DNA of 28,802 nucleotides, taken from contig JBGQMB010000007.1 of the NCBI GenBank assembly GCA_041500405.1, forward strand, positions 1-28,802, written 5' to 3'. This DNA is from Candidatus Micrarchaeia archaeon (GTDB lineage Archaea > Micrarchaeota > Micrarchaeia > Anstonellales > J096). Of the stretch, positions 26,080 to 28,802 are shown in pieces. Below the pieces are notes generated by a model. It did no database searches. It had not been told where the DNA came from and worked only from the letters and a program-made list of their open reading frames with translations. The position numbers were made by a program, and so were the translations under genes. The stretch's first letter is position 1. Each line of letters begins with the position of its first letter.

Positions 26080-26164
26080 GCAGGGGTTGCCAAGCCCGGT
26101 CAAAGGCGAGGGACTTAAGATCCCTTCTCTTAGGAGTTCGTGGGTTCAAATCCCACCCCCTGCA
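26080..26164 (+). tRNA. tRNA-Leu(UAA)
   Basis: Acceptor GCAGGGG/CCCCTGC, anticodon arm AGGGA-CTTAAGA-TCCCT, long variable arm and T arm GTGGG-TTCAAAT-CCCAC. Confidence 0.97.
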
Positions 26165-26169
26165 ATTCT

Positions 26170-26210
26170 TGCGCCTTAAAAAAACAATGGTGTTTTCAGC
26201 AGAAGCTTTT
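26170..26210 (+). repeat. Degenerate half-copy of the palindromic repeat family
   Basis: TGCGCCTTAAAA..GTTTTCAGCAGAAGCTTTT resembles the reverse complement of 19523-19556 (TGCGCCTAAAA..GTTTTTGCTGAAGCTTTT). Confidence 0.5.
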
Positions 26211-26213
26211 GTT

Positions 26214-26474
26214 TCAGGCCTTCGGCACCACGCAAATGAATTCCTTCTCAGGATAATAGACCTCGCCGATTCTAAGCAGCTGGTCCAGTATCTGCCTGGC
26301 CCGCGATTCGTCTATCTGCGCCTTGCCAGCCTCCTCAATCACCCTGGTCAGCGGGATTTTGGCATCCTTCGCGTTAAGGCCGTTTATTATGCCCATAACG
26401 GCCATTGCCTGCTCCATCTCCACAACCACCGTGCCTTCCGCAGCTTTCAGGTCCGCCTTTTTCTTTCTTCCCAT
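26214..26474 (-). CDS. Stand-alone winged-helix protein resembling the archaeal MCM C-terminal domain
   Basis: VMGIINGL...IPLTRVIEEAGKAQIDESRARQILDQLLRIGEVYYP..EFI. GAGGTG ribosome-binding site upstream of the ATG at 26474. Confidence 0.7.
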   Translation of the reverse strand: MGRKKKADLKAAEGTVVVEMEQAMAVMGIINGLNAKDAKIPLTRVIEEAGKAQIDESRARQILDQLLRIGEVYYPEKEFICVVPKA

Positions 26475-26578
26475 GTCATCCACCTCAATAGAGCAAGCGC
26501 CGGCCGGCTTAAAAACAAGGCCAGACCCCGTTGCCAGAGCAATCCCGCCTATAAAAACCCTATTGAGGAATTGAAACT

Positions 26579-27274
26579 ATGCAATCCCGCAAAACGATAG
26601 TGCTGTTCGACATCGGCGGCGTCCTGCTCCGCCTTAACTACTGGAATTTTATTGCCGCCTGCGCAAAGGCCTCCGGCTGCACTGAGGAGGAATTCAGGGA
26701 AAACTATATCCAAAGCAACGTGGAACGAAGGGCGCTTGCCGGAAAAATTGATGCAGAAGGTTTCCTCAAGGAGTTCGAAAAGGTCATAAGAAACGGGATT
26801 ACGGAGCCCAAAATGATGGAGCTCATCGCAATGACCTGGGGCGAACCGATAGCTGAAAACATAAAGCTAAAGAAAAGGATCTACGATGCTGGATATTCGG
26901 TTGGATTGTTTTCCAACATATCCGACATCGCGTTTCGCATCCTGTCAAAAAGGCACCCCGAGGTATTCGACCTGTTTGACCCGTCCTTCCCGAAGTTCTT
27001 CTCATGCCAAATCGGCGAAATAAAGCCAAACAAAAAAATGTACGAAAAGGTGAAAGGGTACGACAGCATTGTTTACATAGACGATGACCTGGCTTACGTT
27101 GCGGAAGCCGCCAGAAGGGGCTGGAAAGGGATCTTCTTCACGCAGTATATTGACAAGGATGAGGTCCAAAGGACGTTTGACAGGGAAACAAAAACGGACG
27201 GAATAATTACGGCAAACAGCCAAAAAGAGCTGATGGAAGCATTAAGGCAATCAGGAATTGGACTCAATCAATGA
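26579..27274 (+). CDS. HAD-superfamily phosphatase (YihX-like)
   Basis: FDIGGVL, FSN, KP and YIDD motifs I-IV. Confidence 0.9.
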   Translation: MQSRKTIVLFDIGGVLLRLNYWNFIAACAKASGCTEEEFRENYIQSNVERRALAGKIDAEGFLKEFEKVIRNGITEPKMMELIAMTWGEPIAENIKLKKRIYDAGYSVGLFSNISDIAFRILSKRHPEVFDLFDPSFPKFFSCQIGEIKPNKKMYEKVKGYDSIVYIDDDLAYVAEAARRGWKGIFFTQYIDKDEVQRTFDRETKTDGIITANSQKELMEALRQSGIGLNQ

Positions 27275-28285
27275 AACAAGGTTCCGTATCCCGTTCTTCT
27301 TCTTGCCGATGGAATGGAAGACGTCAAGGTTGCGCCTCAGGCGCCTGGCCTTCTCTATCGCAATGGACAGGCTGTACTCGTTCAGGCTGGACTGCTCAAG
27401 AAACTCTCCGAGCCTGAGGTCCCTGACTGCCTTGCAGTTGTTCACCCTTTCCGGATATTTCGGGTTGGGTATGCACACCATGGGCTTGCGCGCCATTATG
27501 CTCTCCATTATGCTGGTGTGCCCGCCATGCAGGACATTCAAAAGGCTCCCGCCCATGAAATCGCGGACGTTGTCAACGTAGATGATATTTCCCTCGCGCG
27601 GCTTGTTGCCGTGGATGATAAAATTATAATCCTTCATGCTTTTGGCAACGTCAAGGATGTTGCTTTCAGTGTTGAAGCAGGCTCCCAGGCCTATGACAAT
27701 GGAGCTGTTCTTCACCCGCCTTAGGGTTGATATGTCCACCATCGGCCCCAAAAACGTAGTGTTGAACGGAAGGTTGTGATGGATGTTCCGTGCGCATATG
27801 GAATATGGCAGGGGATAATCAGGAACTGCAACCATGTTGGAGCCTGAAAAAACATTGGAAAAGAACTTGTCAAGCCCTTTCACAAGGGCCTTTTGCATGC
27901 CTGAAAAGAACACGGAGTTGTCCGTGTTGTTTGAAACATAAATTATCTTTTTCTTGAGCATGGCAGAAAGCGCAAGCCCGAAAATGGAGGAATCAACGAC
28001 AACAAGGTCGGAATCTGAAATGGCTTTTCTGGCAACGTCCAAGGTCTTCGGATTGAAGCGCTTTATCACCTCGGCGATGGATGCTGTGACGTCTATTCCC
28101 TCCTCCCCAAGCCGTATGTCATATGGCTGCTCAATCTCAATCGCGTCAGCCTTGGCCTTGGCAAAATACTCGGAGCCCTGCCCATAGCTCAAAACGTTCC
28201 CGCCGACCTTGTTTATGACTGGAAGCATGCGCGCGGCATGGCCGTAACCAAGGCCCTCAACAATGAAAGACACGTTCTTTGCCAT
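27251..28285 (-). CDS. GT-B glycosyltransferase (MJ1255/GT28-like)
   Basis: GLGYGHAAR, VPDYPLPYSI, FLGP and HGGHTSIMESI..RKPMVCIP...ERVNN. Confidence 0.88.
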   Translation of the reverse strand: MAKNVSFIVEGLGYGHAARMLPVINKVGGNVLSYGQGSEYFAKAKADAIEIEQPYDIRLGEEGIDVTASIAEVIKRFNPKTLDVARKAISDSDLVVVDSSIFGLALSAMLKKKIIYVSNNTDNSVFFSGMQKALVKGLDKFFSNVFSGSNMVAVPDYPLPYSICARNIHHNLPFNTTFLGPMVDISTLRRVKNSSIVIGLGACFNTESNILDVAKSMKDYNFIIHGNKPREGNIIYVDNVRDFMGGSLLNVLHGGHTSIMESIMARKPMVCIPNPKYPERVNNCKAVRDLRLGEFLEQSSLNEYSLSIAIEKARRLRRNLDVFHSIGKKKNGIRNLVSLIESNS

Positions 28286-28381
28286 AAAGAAACTAATATG
28301 CGCCTGCCTTTTTTTAAAAGAATTGGCGGGCAGATTAGGTTTTTAAATGTTTTACCCAAAAAGAGTCTCACCTGAGCTTGT

Positions 28382-28484
28382 GGGCTCGTAGCTCAGCCTG
28401 GTAGAGCGACGGTCTTATAAGGCGCGTTCTAGCACACAAACCTAAGTCAGCCGTAGGTCCTGGGTTCAAGTCCCAGCGGGCCCA
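28382..28484 (+). tRNA. tRNA-Ile(UAU) with a 29-nt intron (28420-28448) at position 37/38
   Basis: Acceptor GGGCTCG/CGGGCCC, anticodon stem ACGGT/GCCGT, loop CT-TAT-A and T arm CTGGG-TTCAAGT-CCCAG. BHB helix CUUA/UAAG is all Watson-Crick. Confidence 0.93.
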
Positions 28485-28508
28485 TTTTCAATTTTGGGAG
28501 GGGAAAGC

Positions 28509-28802
28509 ATGCCGTGCATAAAGGTGGAAAAGGCGAAGGCGAACACGGCGATACGGAGCCTTGCCAAAAAGGGGCTTATTGACCCCTCTTTTTCAATAAC
28601 GCACGACAAAATGTACGTCTATGTCCCGGTAAAGGAAGCCATCAAAGGCTACGAACCCTCCAACAAGAGGCTAAAGCCCCGGAAAAGGGGGCCTTCCAAC
28701 CTTGCAGAGGCGCTTGGGTCGCAGGGCGTGAAAGCCAGGAACGTCATTTCCTCATTCGACCTTCTGGGAAACGTGGCAGTGGTTGAGCTTCCAAAGAAGA
28801 TA
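28509..28802 (+). CDS. trm5: tRNA G37 methyltransferase Trm5 family, N-terminal part (3'-truncated)
   Basis: Not in the ORF track. Translates as MPCIKVEKAKAN...LID...YVYVPVK...SSFDLLGNVAVVELP; GGAGG upstream. Confidence 0.8.
   Translation, partial: MPCIKVEKAKANTAIRSLAKKGLIDPSFSITHDKMYVYVPVKEAIKGYEPSNKRLKPRKRGPSNLAEALGSQGVKARNVISSFDLLGNVAVVELPKKI

Noticed and set aside
28302..28331. GCCTGCC/GGCGGGC inverted repeat around TTTTTTTAAAAGAA as another repeat-family copy
   Set aside because: The similarity is weak, and the AT run is adequately explained as the promoter box of the glycosyltransferase gene.
28420..28448. Guide RNA in the tRNA-Ile intron
   Set aside because: It has no CUGA or RUGAUGA box. 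Its only exon complementarity is the ordinary BHB helix.

Overview
Gene-dense archaeal chromosome segment, most likely DPANN and Micrarchaeota-like (inferred from the class III pilin, NMD3, PAC2, archaeal AsnA, Trm5, BHB-intron tRNAs and tRNA-Ile(UAU)). It holds about 30 CDS: a truncated giant Cys-rich surface protein, HIT, dcd, apgM, a type IV pilus operon, a beta-CASP nuclease, NMD3, an ankyrin protein, AsnA, DedA, a Cys-repeat lipoprotein, a Zn-ribbon plus nucleotidyltransferase pair, IDI-2, PAC2, an arrestin/SpoOM-like protein, Csp, rubrerythrin, TspO, a stand-alone MCM-type winged helix, a HAD hydrolase, a glycosyltransferase and the start of Trm5. There are four tRNAs: Gly-GCC, Met-CAU with a 59-nt intron, Leu-UAA, and Ile-UAU with a 29-nt intron. 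The strongest non-obvious signals are: (1) the tRNA-Met intron carries a K-turn/box D'-C' module whose guide pairs with its own anticodon loop and puts C34 exactly at the D+5 methylation position; (2) a dispersed, modular palindromic repeat family (core TGGGTTCAAAAGAA plus AGCTTTTT..AAAAAGCT hairpins, about 7 loci) lies beside tRNAs and brackets AT-rich accessory genes; (3) tRNA-Gly is flanked by duplications of its own 5' and 3' ends. All family calls come from reading motifs by eye; no database search was run.
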